Positions 8,761-19,893 of a stretch of DNA of 32,000 nt are shown one piece after another. The notes beneath the pieces were generated by a model that had not been told where the DNA came from, ran no database searches, and saw nothing but the letters and a program-made list of their open reading frames with translations. Each line of letters begins with the position of its first letter. Within the stretch, counting starts at the first letter, position 1. The stretch comes from Mycobacterium leprae TN (GTDB lineage Bacteria; Actinomycetota; Actinomycetes; Mycobacteriales; Mycobacteriaceae), in the NCBI RefSeq assembly GCF_000195855.1, contig NC_002677.1, forward strand, positions 2,130,001-2,162,000, read 5' to 3'. The translations under genes were made by a program, and so were the position numbers.

Positions 8761-10467
8761 GCATGGTGGCACGGTTAGCCAGCGAGGTGCTGCGAGAAAC
8801 GGTGGCCGACGACGACAGGTCCAGCGCGATCTTTGACGTCGCAGCCCCCGCGACGTCGGTGTTTGTCGAGACATTCCTGGGGCGCACCACACACCCCGTC
8901 GGGGCTGCGGGCATTGAATTCATGGCTTTAGCTCCGAAGCAATCACGTGACGTGACGCTACGCGAAATCTATCACTAGCTTGCCCCGATAGCTATAGTTC
9001 GCGACCAGAACAACACCACCACCAACCCCCAGCAATGTAATACCCAGGTCCGGGGCGGGATGTGCAAGTGCACGCCAGTGACTGGACAGCAATGATAGAC
9101 AGGCGACTAGCTAGGCCTATAATATTAGGGTTAGGCGTCCGGACAAAACACGTTCATGCCACTTTCGACTGCGTCGAGAATTGAACACCGCGCGCACTTT
9201 ACCCAACCACGAAGTCAACTCCGCGTTCTAGCCAGTGATCGCCGCCCTGAATATCTTAATTACTCAGCTCGAGGGCTATTGGCTATAAGCACCCCGGGAG
9301 GTAGTAGGTAGACACGTTCTGCCTCACCAACGAGACAATCACGAAGCTGGGTTATGGCGACTTCAGCTTTGCCCAGCAACCAACCTGGCTACGAATGTAC
9401 ACTGCCATGTTGATGTCGAGTGGCGTGACCACCACGTTGCTTGTAGCTTTTGTCGTTGACGTGCTGCTGTCGCGTCGATTCGTCTGCCCGAACGAATGCC
9501 CGCGAGCGCGCCACCCAGGCGGCCACATAATCGGTCGTCAGGCTAAGTGCACTCGGGATCCGCGTCGTCACTGAGTCTAACCGCAGCCGGATATGACGTA
9601 GCGGCGATCGAGCGCGATATAAACAACTGTTTCTTGTCGACGGCGGACCAACTCGACATGCCGGTAATTTTCAGGGAAGTCAGTTTACGCCAAACATTGG
9701 AAGCGGACCGTGTCGACCAAGCCCGCGTCGTGGCGGCGCTGACCCGCGATGACATGGTCAACATCGAGACCATGATCGTCATTCGTGAAATGCTGGGACA
9801 GCAGGTGGAAGCCGCCGCCATCTGGCAGGGGCAGCTTCCCGTTAGAGCTGCAGGGGCTGGGGGACGTTTTCGTTAGGAAAACGCTCTTTCCGGATCGGCG
9901 TAATGCATGTACAAGCCGACCACGAACTCGATGGGCTGCAAATGTTCGAACTATCAAGGCAAATCCGTGTCATCACGATCACCCGGGAAGTTGCGCCAGC
10001 CCAGCTGGACTCGGGACAGGACGCCTTGCTCAGTGCCGGCAACAGCGTTTACCTTGTTGATCCGTACCGCAAATAATTCGCCAGCCTACGTAAGGGACAG
10101 CCTATCCCGGCAGCATCTAATCAATGATGAACGTCCGCCGAGAGATCAACAAGTGGACGCCAGGCTTGTTTCGTACCCACCAAGCCTATTCGAGCCGACA
10201 CCACGCACCCAGTTATCAACTGGACACGGCCTGACAGGCGGTGTCCAGCACGTAACGCTCGGTGCCGTACTCAAACCCGTGCAGCGTCGGCCACCCAACA
10301 ACACAGCAACCTTGTGGGCTGGCGTTACTCATGATGTCAAAGTTCAGCGCGAAGGCCTCAGTATCGGAAAAACGGGTGCGCACCTCGGCGACGAGGTGCG
10401 TCGGCGTCCAAACTAACGCACTCAATTATACCGCAGCGCGGTTTTTGCGCGGTCATCGAGTAATAGC

Positions 10468-10511
10468 GAGGTTTCAAGCGCTCTATGACGACATAGAGCG
10501 CTTGAAACCTC
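10468..10511. repeat. Perfect palindrome: 20-bp arms (gaggtttcaagcgctctatg / catagagcgcttgaaacctc) around a 4-nt centre
   Basis: I verified all 20 base pairs position by position (10468 with 10511 through 10487 with 10492). The spacer is acga. No T-tract follows on either strand. Confidence 0.9.
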
Positions 10512-10699
10512 CGACGCCGAACGCGGTGCTTCCCGCAGTTACATGCACAGTCGGCAGTTGTGTTGAGCGGCGCCACGTGTTCGGAGGTGACCAGGTCGAG
10601 CACATGCATCCGGGCCACGGCGTGCAGAAGTCATTGAACATTCAGCCCGCACCCGCGACAAAAACCGGAATCCCATTTCTCACCCGGTGGGACGTGCTT

Positions 10700-11780
10700 C
10701 GCCGTTCGGCAATCGGCCGTTGCACCTGATTCACCGACGACATATGCAAGTTTGGTATCCATAGCGAAGGCATCGTTGCACAAGCGGGCCAGTCCCCCAT
10801 TCCCGCGACAGGGTAATCTCGCTGACGCCGACCTGCGTGTCACGTCATAGCAGGTCAAGCCGGCTTTCATTGAACCGGAAGCTGTTGACCGCTGCTGTCA
10901 GCTTGCCGTCTTGAATAAGGTACACGCCGTCGGCGAGTTAGCCTGGCGGGCAGTAGCGTGGTTGGGTCAATCTCCCGGATATATCACAGCGTGGTCAACA
11001 ATAGGCCGTGCTCGGTACCCGTGATCATGCCAGCAAGATAGGTCAACCTGCCTTGTCATCATCGGGTTGTCGGTAACGACCGCGAGCGGGGCATTGAACT
11101 AAGCAGCAGTGGCCCGCAGATAGGCTAACGCATTGATCACCCCAACCTCATCGACAACTGCTCGAGTAGCCAGACCGGTTGGCACGTCCACGAAATTGCG
11201 TGAGCCGACACCCATCCAAGCACTTCTGTCGTTCCGTTTGGTGTTGATCTCGATAGCCCTTATAGCGTCGACGCAGTCTTGTCGGCGACGCTAAAACCTC
11301 GTCTAGACACTGCGATGCGCTTAGCTATACAGTCTGTCGATGCCGCGGAACCCCCAGCTCAATGAGTCGGGGACATCGGCGAACACTTCAGCTCCATTGC
11401 CAGACATATACAGCGTACCAATCGTCGGATGTACCGGCAGCGGCGCAGCATCACCGTTCTTTGGCACGGACCGTGCTACCTCTTGGAATGCAGGAACCAG
11501 TACAGGAAGCATTAATGAATCCACTTCCTCCGATACCACCGTGCTAATCAAAACGCTATCACCTTGGTGAACAACAGAAATCACAGTCACACTTCGATTG
11601 ACCGATGACCGACATTCCATTGATGGTCATCGAATTGTCTGCCCCAGTGCAAGTTCGCTTCGATGCGGTCGGTGACCACGACCATAGTCTCGTTGGCACG
11701 TCCAGACTTCTCCTCCTGATCTAACAGAAGATTGACAACATAACTGCACCGTGATTATCAGTCACTTTCGGTACGGATGT
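10700..11780 (-). pseudogene. TldD/PmbA-family metalloprotease-like gene (Rv2314c-like), decayed; boundaries approximate
   Basis: Minus-strand fragments read GTEHGLLLTTLWYIREIDPTTLLPARLTR and LADGVYLIQDGKLTAAVNSFRFNES. They match the conserved C-terminal TldD/PmbA block (GLLVTxLWYxRxVDP...TRDGxFxIxDGxxxxPVxNxRFNxS). They are separated by frameshifts and stops. Confidence 0.55.
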
Positions 11781-11789
11781 TGAGTACGT

Positions 11790-13230
11790 TTAGGTCCCCG
11801 AAATAACGCTGTCGGACAGCCATGGCTCACGGCAGCCACCTAGCTGGGCTGGGCCTTGCCGCAATTGAATGCGTCGCCAGGCCGACGGGTCGCCCACAGT
11901 TTCCATGGAATTCCAGAAATCGGTGGTTGCCTGATAAGCAACAGCGTGCAGCTGATCATTCAGACGGCTGTCTCGGATGCGAGAATAACAGCTGTCCGGT
12001 GAACTGAAAACTTTAACGCTGCATATCGATCGGCCATGACTTGTCGCTGACAATTTAGATGCTGTCGTCAGCCTAGGCGATCAGGTCAGCGGTAGTAATC
12101 TCGTCGGGGCCAGGCTGCAGCGACACAATGGCCATCCGCTGAATTCGGCACGTGATGCGGCAAATCAGCATACGAGCACCCGTTGGAGCGCTACTGCCCC
12201 AGCCGTGGAGCGAAGACCCGGTCAAGCTGATAACCGACAAACACCCTGTCATGCAATACTATCCAGCGCTGCGCGGCCATGCCCTCGTCCTCGTAACCGA
12301 CGCGAGCAAGACCGAATTTCACGGCACGGTCCACTGTCAGGTTCATTACCGGAGAACCAGATTACATGGTTCCGAGTTTGTCTCGGCTGTAGCGAACGAG
12401 GTTCTGACGTAGGAGGCCTCGTAGCCGACAGCGCGCTTGTATTTGATTGTGTGTATAGTGGCTTGGTGAATGGTCAACCACAGGTTGGTCGGGTCGATCA
12501 CCAGATCCTCAGTCCCTGAGGTCACACTGTGCTCGTTGAGCTTTGCCGCCAGCTGTGCGAACTCGTCGGTGCAGTTCCACACTTCATCATCAGCTAACAC
12601 TTCCCAGCCCCGGGCCGTCGGTGGCGCCAACGTATGCATCGAGTCGAAATCGCCGCCGTAGCGCCCACCGCCTCCACCGACGGCATTACCCTCACCCGTT
12701 GTTGGGTAATTGATGACCCGAAAGTGTCTGCATAGAATTCCGCCTGGACTGCTCTCAAACCAGGCGACACGTGGTCAATGATGTCTGCGTCCAGCAACTG
12801 TCAGGAAAACTCCTCGAGCACGGCGATCTTGTCCGGCGCGGAGATGCTGAACGAGTCGATCCGTAATTCGACGCACAGCTGGCGTTGGTGTAGACTGACG
12901 CGAGCGGAAGCACGACACCGCTCGCTGTAGAGCGCCGCGAGCGTGGTGGTCATCGTACTCCGCGGCGTGCTGTGCTGGATGCCACGGACGGCGCCAACTC
13001 GGCGTCTGCGGCAAACCCCACGTGTCGCCCACACTAACCCGAACCGCCAAACCCGATCTCGCGGCTGACCACCTCGGTCTCTAGCCCATCGTCGTCACGG
13101 AGCTGGATGATCTCGATGCAGAGGCGGTGAATGCACAGGTACGCATAGTTGGCCCCGGCCACAGGAGCTGCCGACAACGCGACTTTGGGCAATTCCTGGC
13201 GCAGAAGATCCAATCCAAGAAGTCAGCCTA
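11790..13230 (-). pseudogene. Second TldD/PmbA-family gene (Rv2315c-like), decayed; boundaries approximate
   Basis: Minus ORF 12346-12639 contains DLVIDPTNLWLTIHQATIHTIKYKRAVGYEASYVRTSFATAE. This aligns to the HEAxGHxxExDR...G.SF region of TldD-type proteins, with the metal-binding motif degraded. Surrounding frames are broken. The gene is divergent from uspA. Confidence 0.45.
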
Positions 13231-13275
13231 TCGATCTCCCGGTTTAGTGTCACGGCTACACTGTAGCAACCAGCC

Positions 13276-14262
13276 ATGTGCGCCCACTTTAATACCTCCA
13301 TGACCAACACCGGCGACGATACAGAGCAAAGCGATGAAGTGGGGAGCATCTCCCGCTTGCGGGGGAGAAAGACACACAGGACCCGCGCCCTAACGAAGAA
13401 CCACCCACGATCCATCGCTCTGGCCTACGCCCTGCTGGCCCCCAGCCTGTTCGGCGTGGTCACCTTCTTGCTGCTACCCATCATCGTGGTTATCTGGCTT
13501 AGCCTGTTCCGGTGGGACCTGTTGGGACCCCTGCACTATGTCGGCCTGGCCAACTGGCGGTCAGTGCTGACCGACCCCAATTTCGCCAATTCACTAATTG
13601 TCACAGCCGTCTTCGTGGCGATTGTGGTACCAACTCAGACGATGCTCGGCCTGCTTATCGCGACAATGCTGGCCCGCCAACTTCCGGGCACCGGCGTGTT
13701 TCGCACGCTATACGTGCTGCCGTGGATCTGCGCCCCTTTGGCAATAGCGGTGTTGTGGCGCTGGCTCCTTGCTCCCACCGACGGTGCGTTCAGCATGGTC
13801 CTAAGACATCGCATAGAATGGCTCTCCGATCCCAGTCTTGCGCTACCGGTCGTTTCAGCTGTCGTCGTCTGGACCAACGTCGGCTACGTCTCGCTGTCGT
13901 TCCTCGCCGGACTGCTGTCTATCCCAGAAGACATTAACGCTGCCGCGCGCACCGACGGTGCCGATGCCTGGCAGCGGTTCTGGCGCATCACTCTGCCGAT
14001 GTTACGGCCGACGATGTTCTTTGTGCTGGTTACCGGAATAGTGAGCACAGCACAGGTTTTCGACACCGTCTATGCGCTGACTGACGGTGGTCCTAAGAGC
14101 CGCACCGACCTGGTGGCGCACCGCATCTATGCCGAGGCATTCGGCTCTGCGGCCATTGGGCGAGCATCGGTGATGGCAGTGTTATTATTCGTCGTCCTAT
14201 TCGGCGTCACTGTTGTTCAACATTTGTACTTCCAGCGTCGGATCAGCTATGAGCTCACCTAG
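13276..14262 (+). CDS. uspA: ABC sugar transporter permease (MalF/UgpA type)
   Basis: The ORF is intact, with six or more hydrophobic segments and the EAA loop INAAARTDGADAWQRFWRITLPMLRP. The start is uncertain. The hydrophilic first roughly 40 aa may not be translated. ATG 13300 or a later non-ATG start would fit the about 290-aa size I recall for Rv2316. Confidence 0.85.
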   Translation: MCAHFNTSMTNTGDDTEQSDEVGSISRLRGRKTHRTRALTKNHPRSIALAYALLAPSLFGVVTFLLLPIIVVIWLSLFRWDLLGPLHYVGLANWRSVLTDPNFANSLIVTAVFVAIVVPTQTMLGLLIATMLARQLPGTGVFRTLYVLPWICAPLAIAVLWRWLLAPTDGAFSMVLRHRIEWLSDPSLALPVVSAVVVWTNVGYVSLSFLAGLLSIPEDINAAARTDGADAWQRFWRITLPMLRPTMFFVLVTGIVSTAQVFDTVYALTDGGPKSRTDLVAHRIYAEAFGSAAIGRASVMAVLLFVVLFGVTVVQHLYFQRRISYELT

Positions 14263-15073
14263 TCGCTTGTCCAACGCCGTGACTTACGCCGGCCTGACAC
14301 TCGGTGCGCTGATCACCGTCGCACCGTTCGCACTCGGCTTACTCACCTCGTTCACGTCGGCGCATCAATTTACGACCGGTACACCGCTGCAATTGCCACG
14401 ACCACCCACGCTGGCTAACTACGCTGGTTTGTCCGGTGCTGGATTTCTGCGCGCGACCGCGGTTACCGCGTTGATGACGGCGGTAATTCTTCTTGGCCAG
14501 CTAACCTTCTCGGTGCTGGCTGGCTACGCGTTCGCACGGTTACGGTTTCCCGGGCGCGATACCCTGTTTTGGGCCTACATTATGACATTGATGGTGCCGG
14601 CGACGGTCACGGTGGTGCCGATGTATATGATGATGGCCCAAGTCGGCCTCCGTAACACATTTTGGGCGCTGGTGCTGCCGTTTATGTTTGGCTCCCCATA
14701 CGCAATTTTCCTGCTGCGCGAACACTTTCGCATCATCCCAAATGATTTGATCAACGCGGCACGTCTCGACGGCGCTAACACTCTGGACGTGATCGTGCAT
14801 GTTGTGATTCCGTCCAACCGCTCGGTTCTAGCGGCCTTGACACTTATCACAGTAGTCTCGCAGTGGAATAACTTCATGTGGCCGTTGGTGATCACTAGCG
14901 GCAACAAGTGGCGTGTGCTTACGGTAGCGACAGCTGACCTACAGTCCCGATTCAACGCTCAGTGGACGCTGGTAATGGCCGCTACCACGGTTGCAATCGT
15001 TCCGCTGATCGTACTTTTCGTTGGATTCCAGCGGCACATCATCCCCTCGATCGTCGTCTCGGGGCTGAAATGA
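14249..15073 (+). CDS. uspB: ABC sugar transporter permease (MalG/UgpE type), 274 aa
   Basis: The ORF is intact. I prefer ATG 14249 (MSSPSRLSNAVTYAGL...), which overlaps the uspA stop (14260-14262) by 14 nt, over the track start 14213. The EAA loop reads INAARLDGANTLDVIVHVVIP. Confidence 0.85.
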   Translation: MSSPSRLSNAVTYAGLTLGALITVAPFALGLLTSFTSAHQFTTGTPLQLPRPPTLANYAGLSGAGFLRATAVTALMTAVILLGQLTFSVLAGYAFARLRFPGRDTLFWAYIMTLMVPATVTVVPMYMMMAQVGLRNTFWALVLPFMFGSPYAIFLLREHFRIIPNDLINAARLDGANTLDVIVHVVIPSNRSVLAALTLITVVSQWNNFMWPLVITSGNKWRVLTVATADLQSRFNAQWTLVMAATTVAIVPLIVLFVGFQRHIIPSIVVSGLK

Positions 15074-15164
15074 GCTGCCTTGACACCGAGATTGCCTTCA
15101 GGCTCGTGACCTTCGCGGATCCACGACTACAGCAGCAATTGCAACGTGCGTGTAGGCATACGAC

Positions 15165-16505
15165 GTGACCCGGCCCCGCTATTCAACATTAGTTGCCGAA
15201 GCACTTGCGTTGGCCACCGTCCTGTTGACTGCTACAGCAATGCTGATGGGCTGGTCAGGAGGCCAGCTACGTGGCGGTAAGGTCGTCGTTACAATGCGCC
15301 TGTGGGCTGACCAGATTTCCACAGCATATAGTCAGTCGTTCCAGGCCTTTACCCGTACCCATCCCGATATCGAGGTGCACACCAATGTCGTTGCCTACTC
15401 GAAGTATTTCAATACCCTACGCACCGACGTAGCCGGCGGCAGCGCCGACGATATCTTTTGGCTATCAAGCGCTTACCTCGCAGCATATGCTGACAACGGT
15501 CGGTTGATAAACATTAGTAACAGCCTCGGACAGAGGGCCACTTCAGACTGGGAGCCAGCAGTGGTAGACCAATTCACCCGAGCCGGAGCGTTATGGGGTG
15601 TACCGCAGTTGACCGATGCCGGCATCGCTGTATTCTATAACGCCGACCTGCTCACTGCTGCCGGTATTGATCCGGTCCAGCTCAACCGCATGCAATGGAC
15701 TTCTAACGATGACGACACCTTGCGCCCCTTACTGACTCAGCTCACCCTAGACACCAATGGACATGTCGCTAAAACACCAGGTTTCGATTCAAGACGAGTC
15801 CGTCAATGGGGGTATAATGCGGCCAACGACCCCCAGGCCATCTACCTTAACTACATCGGGTCAGCCGGTGGAGTATTCCAACGCGGCGACGAGTTCGCCT
15901 TCGATAACCCTTCGGCGGTCGAAGCCTTCCGATACCTAGTCGGTCTGATCAACAACGATCACGTGGCACCGCCGGCCTCAGAAACCAACAACAACGGCGA
16001 TTTCTCGCGCAACCAATTTTTGTCTGGCAGGATGGCACTCTTCCAGTCCGGCACCTACAACTTGGCACTAATAGCCCGCGAGGCCCGGTTCCACTGGGGT
16101 ATCGCAATGATGCCGACCGGCCCGCAGGGACGAGTGAGTGTTACCAATGGTATTGCCGTAGCTGGTAATTCAGCAACCAAGCATCCGGATGCGGTGCGTC
16201 AAGTATTGGCCTGGATGGGCAGCAGGGAGGGCAACGCGTACCTGGGGCGTCACGGTGCCGCCGTCCCAGCAGTGCGGTCAGCTCAGTCGGTCTACTTCGA
16301 CTACTGGGCCGCAAAGGGCATCGACGTCACACCCTTTTTCTCGGTGCTGGACGGCCCTCACATTCCGGCTCCGGGCGGCGCTGGCTTTCCCGCCGGAGAC
16401 GACGCGTTGCAAAGCTATTTCGACGAAATGTTCCTAGGTCACGGTGATGTCGAGAAAATCCTGTGTCAAGCTCAAGCGGCAGCGAACACCGCAGCTCACC
16501 GCTAG
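15165..16505 (+). CDS. uspC: ABC transporter extracellular solute-binding protein (family 1, sugar/amino-sugar type), 446 aa
   Basis: The ORF is intact, starts at GTG, and has an N-terminal hydrophobic signal or anchor. It has SBP-family content throughout (WGVPQLTDAGIAVFYNADLL, ALFQSGTYN). The permease-permease-SBP order matches uspABC (Rv2316-2318). No ATPase gene is adjacent. Confidence 0.85.
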   Translation: MTRPRYSTLVAEALALATVLLTATAMLMGWSGGQLRGGKVVVTMRLWADQISTAYSQSFQAFTRTHPDIEVHTNVVAYSKYFNTLRTDVAGGSADDIFWLSSAYLAAYADNGRLINISNSLGQRATSDWEPAVVDQFTRAGALWGVPQLTDAGIAVFYNADLLTAAGIDPVQLNRMQWTSNDDDTLRPLLTQLTLDTNGHVAKTPGFDSRRVRQWGYNAANDPQAIYLNYIGSAGGVFQRGDEFAFDNPSAVEAFRYLVGLINNDHVAPPASETNNNGDFSRNQFLSGRMALFQSGTYNLALIAREARFHWGIAMMPTGPQGRVSVTNGIAVAGNSATKHPDAVRQVLAWMGSREGNAYLGRHGAAVPAVRSAQSVYFDYWAAKGIDVTPFFSVLDGPHIPAPGGAGFPAGDDALQSYFDEMFLGHGDVEKILCQAQAAANTAAHR

Positions 16506-17090
16506 CCAGAAAACACATGAACCGGGCTGTAACGGATCATTTTATCACTGTGCGAATCGCGGAATACCCGTTGGATCTCGCCGCCTTCTCCGTTCACAGT
16601 GCCGAAAGCCTGCTTCCAATAGCAGAGTAACCACTTGCAGTACAATGTCTTCGTCGACTATATCCATAAATCTTCAATTTTCCAGTTTTTCTCACACCTG
16701 CGACGTCCCAAGCGCTGAGGAACGAATCCTCAGCGTCCCAACCAATCTCCGGTGGATACATAGTCCAGTCGCGCACCGCGAAGCTGACCACTCGCGACGA
16801 TACTTCGAATTGTTTGGCGGACTGAAAACAGCGCCTCACCAAATCGACTACATCCAGGATAGCCGATTAGACACACTTCACCCGCGATAGCTTGCAGTTA
16901 TAACCACGATATCCGGGGGGAGTGATCGTTACCGACACCGCCGACGAATGCAGCAGCCAGTCAGCCGTCGAGCCGATTACCATCTGCCCTTGCCCACGTC
17001 CACCGCTCAGCAACAACCCCAGCACCAAATCTCAGCGTCGACTTCCTCGATACACTCAGCCACGACCGAGTGGTGCGCGCTGTGGCATTA
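16502..17090 (-). pseudogene. Universal stress protein remnant (Rv2319c-like)
   Basis: A minus-strand C-terminal fragment reads GTVNGEGGEIQRVFRDSHSDKMIRYSPVHVFSG. It resembles the USP G-x-G...GSVS..V....CPV.VV tail. It ends at a TAG that shares the GCTAGC with the uspC stop. Upstream frames are broken. The call is weak. Confidence 0.35.
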
Positions 17091-17422
17091 GTTGATCTCG
17101 ATCCCGTCGGCTACCTTGTCGACATGCTGCTGGGCCTCCTTCGCCGAGTCCGCGGTAAGACAATCTACCTATTGCACGTATTCGGCGTCGATACGCGCCC
17201 GTGGCGGGGTCAGCCACAGTTTCAACATGATGGTACCGACGGTTAGCGACGTTCTCAGCATCCGCGCGGTGCGCACGGCCAGGTACAACCCTGACAACCC
17301 GATTTGCCAGCCAGGTAGCCGGGCAACGACAGTCACAAGGCTTTCTTTGACGGATTGTTGAGCACTTCGTTTTGCTGGGCTCCTATCGCGATGCAATCGG
17401 TACCGCGAGTAAGTTGAGCGCG

Positions 17423-18650
17423 CTACGATAGCGACCCCACGCCAGGTAAAAGATCTAGAGTCAGCGCGACCACTGGCTGAACAGGATCTAAATTATAGCA
17501 GAGCAGACTGACGAGATGATATCCACACGCCAGCACTGCAAGTACCGATGTCACCGGATAATCAGGAACTTTGAACGTACGCGGCAGGTTGAGTGCGCAC
17601 ACGCACAGGATGATCACCCCTGTAGACACGACGATGAATGAGATAAGTGTACCGAGGGACACCCCATGTCCGCCAAATCAGACAACGGTACGACAGCAGC
17701 CAGCATCAACATGGCCGTCGCGACTATGATCGTATTGGCAACCGGAATCATCGTGCGCGGATTAACCGTCACAAGCCACGTCGGCAAAAAATCCTTCGCG
17801 GTCCACGGCAAGCAGGATGCGCGTCTGGCCATACGTCGTGACCAACATGACGGTGAAGATCGAGATCACCACACCGGCAGCCATAGTGATGGTCACCCAC
17901 TTGCCGTGCGTGACGTGGTCGAAGATCGTCACCAGCCCGTCCTCTTGCTGCCCACCAAACTTCTGCCACGGCTGAGTACCCAACACAGCGACCGAGGCGA
18001 GCACATAAACGCTTGTGACAACTATCGGCACCACGATCAGTTCCTACGGCATCGTCTTCTGCAGGTTTTTCCCCCGTCACCCGCGGTCAACCCGGTGTCA
18101 AGGCCGATGAAAGAGAAAAAGATCGTGTCCGCCTCCGCACCGATGCCGGCAACGTCGAATGGCGCTAAAGCATTGATATAGTTGACGTCGTAAGCGCTGA
18201 ACGCGATGACTACGAACATGCCCAGTATACCGAGCTTGATTCAGCACCATGATCGCGTTGACCTTCAACCGACTCGCTGGGGCGCAGATCACAAGAGTAA
18301 GCTGCATATTCCGGCCAGGATTGACGACCGGCAGATTCACATAACCCGGCGCCGAGTTCCACGGCGCAAACGACAAAGCCTACGGTATCTCGAATCCGGA
18401 TAAGTTTCGCAGCAGCTTGTTGACGTAACCGCTCCAAACGGCCGCGGCGATAGCCACTCCGTACTCCAACAACAAGCAAGATAGATCATCCCAGGAACTG
18501 ATTCTGGCACCTCCTGGGACAGCACAAAGAAGACGCCGATACCAATCGTCGGGCCGACACCAAACATGTCAGATCGAACGTGCCGATACTCCGTTTGAAG
18601 TGGGCAGAGGCCCCGACATCTGCTCTGTCAGGCTGATCGACAGGAACGTC
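17423..18650 (-). pseudogene. rocE: Cationic amino-acid (arginine/ornithine) permease pseudogene
   Basis: Minus-strand fragments in several frames have APC permease content. They read MFGVGPTIGIGVFFVLSQEVPESVPG (N-terminal GxGIF motif) and GTLISFIVVSTGVIILCVCALNLPRTFKVPDYPVTSVLAVLACGY (C-terminal helices). The long plus-strand ORFs here are antisense. Confidence 0.6.
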
Positions 18651-18668
18651 ATTGCACCTCCAGAGTTG

Positions 18669-19893
18669 TTAGATCAGCCTGATTATCAAACCTCCCTTAA
18701 CACGGCGGTGAACTATCGTACCGACCCGTCGATCTCCTCGGCAGTTATGGACAGTTATGACTAGTGCAGGTGCGCACCGTAGCGCCGAACCACGGGTGTC
18801 CTTCACCAGCACACCACAGCTGGCCAACCGCATGCTCATTCCTTGCCGGTGGCCAACGTCGGCTCTATATCGACGCTGCCCACAATACCAGGCCGCGCAC
18901 CGCCAACACACCATCACCGATCAGGCTCCGCAGATACACGCACAATTCAGCCGAGCGAGCCTGGAATTCCTCACGCGTCAACATGAAAAAAACAACCGTC
19001 GTACCAATTGCCGCGGCCAACGGGTTGCCAGCGAACGTCGAGCCGTGCTCACCAGAATGCAACAAGCGAGGATCCCGAGGTCTGGCTACCACCGCCGACA
19101 GTGGAACCACGCCGCCGCTGACCACCTTACCAAGCAGGCAATCTACCAATATTACCGCTCAAAGCGGTCACCCACGAAACATATAGCCTGTGCGGGCCAA
19201 CGACTGGATTTCGTCGGCGATCATCAGCACGTTGTGCTCGCTGTACAACGCTTGCACGGCCAGCAAGTAGCCGTCTGGGGGAACAATGACGCCGGCCTCT
19301 CTGGGAGAGGCTCAAGTCGCGCCGCTACAGTGTTGTCGTCGATCGCTTCAGTCAAAACCGCAGTATCACCGAACAAAATCCCGATGTGAACGACCCAACT
19401 CTGCGTCGCATTACCGGATCGGACGAGAAGCTGACGCCGCGGATCATCCAACCATGGAAGTTGTTATCGGCCAAGATGATGTGTGCCCGACTCTCAGGGA
19501 CTCCGTTGGCTTCTACACTCCACTTGCGGGTGACCTTGAGGAAGCTTTCCACTGCGTCAGCGACGGAGTTAATCGGCAACACCATTGTCTTTTTCACACA
19601 CCTAAGCAAGCGCAGCGCAAAACGGTCCTACATTGCCGGAATGGAAGGCTCGACTCAACAATCACAACGGTGTCGAGTTGAGCGTGTGCCACCGCGGTGA
19701 TCTCCGGATTGCGATGGCTGAAGTTAACCGCAGAATAGGCGGCCAAGCAATCCAGGTAGCACCTGCCTTCGATATTGGTGATCCACGAGCCCTCGGCTCT
19801 TGCCGTGAGCACCAGTAGCGTCGCATAATTATACACTGCATTCTTTTCCGCTAAAGCAATGAATTCTTGAATTCGTTCTGTGGCCACTAGCAC
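18669..19893 (-). pseudogene. rocD: Ornithine aminotransferase pseudogene
   Basis: Minus fragments read AEKNAVYNYATLLVLTARAEGSWITNIEGRCYLDCLAAYSAVNFSHRNPEI, then VLPINSVADAVESFLKVTRKW...IILADNNFHGW, then VVPLSAVVARPRDPRLLHSGEHGSTFAGNPLAAAIG, then CGVLVKDTRGSALRCAPALVIT. This is the class-III aminotransferase order, spread over at least four frames. Confidence 0.7.

Noticed and set aside
8720-8978. A possible PE-family fragment (minus-strand MNSMPAAPTGCVVRPRNVS... resembling AAAPTTGV..AADEVS), or a small GC-rich gene on the plus strand (8763-8978)
   Set aside because: The resemblance rests on a handful of residues. The PE N-terminal region and the downstream conserved helix are not recognisable. 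There is no ribosome-binding site or other support for either strand.
17666-19389. Long plus-strand ORFs 17666-18181 (171 aa) and 18757-19389 (210 aa)
   Set aside because: They are antisense to the rocE and rocD remnants, whose conserved motifs read on the minus strand. The compositions are Arg/His/Pro-rich and show no family resemblance.
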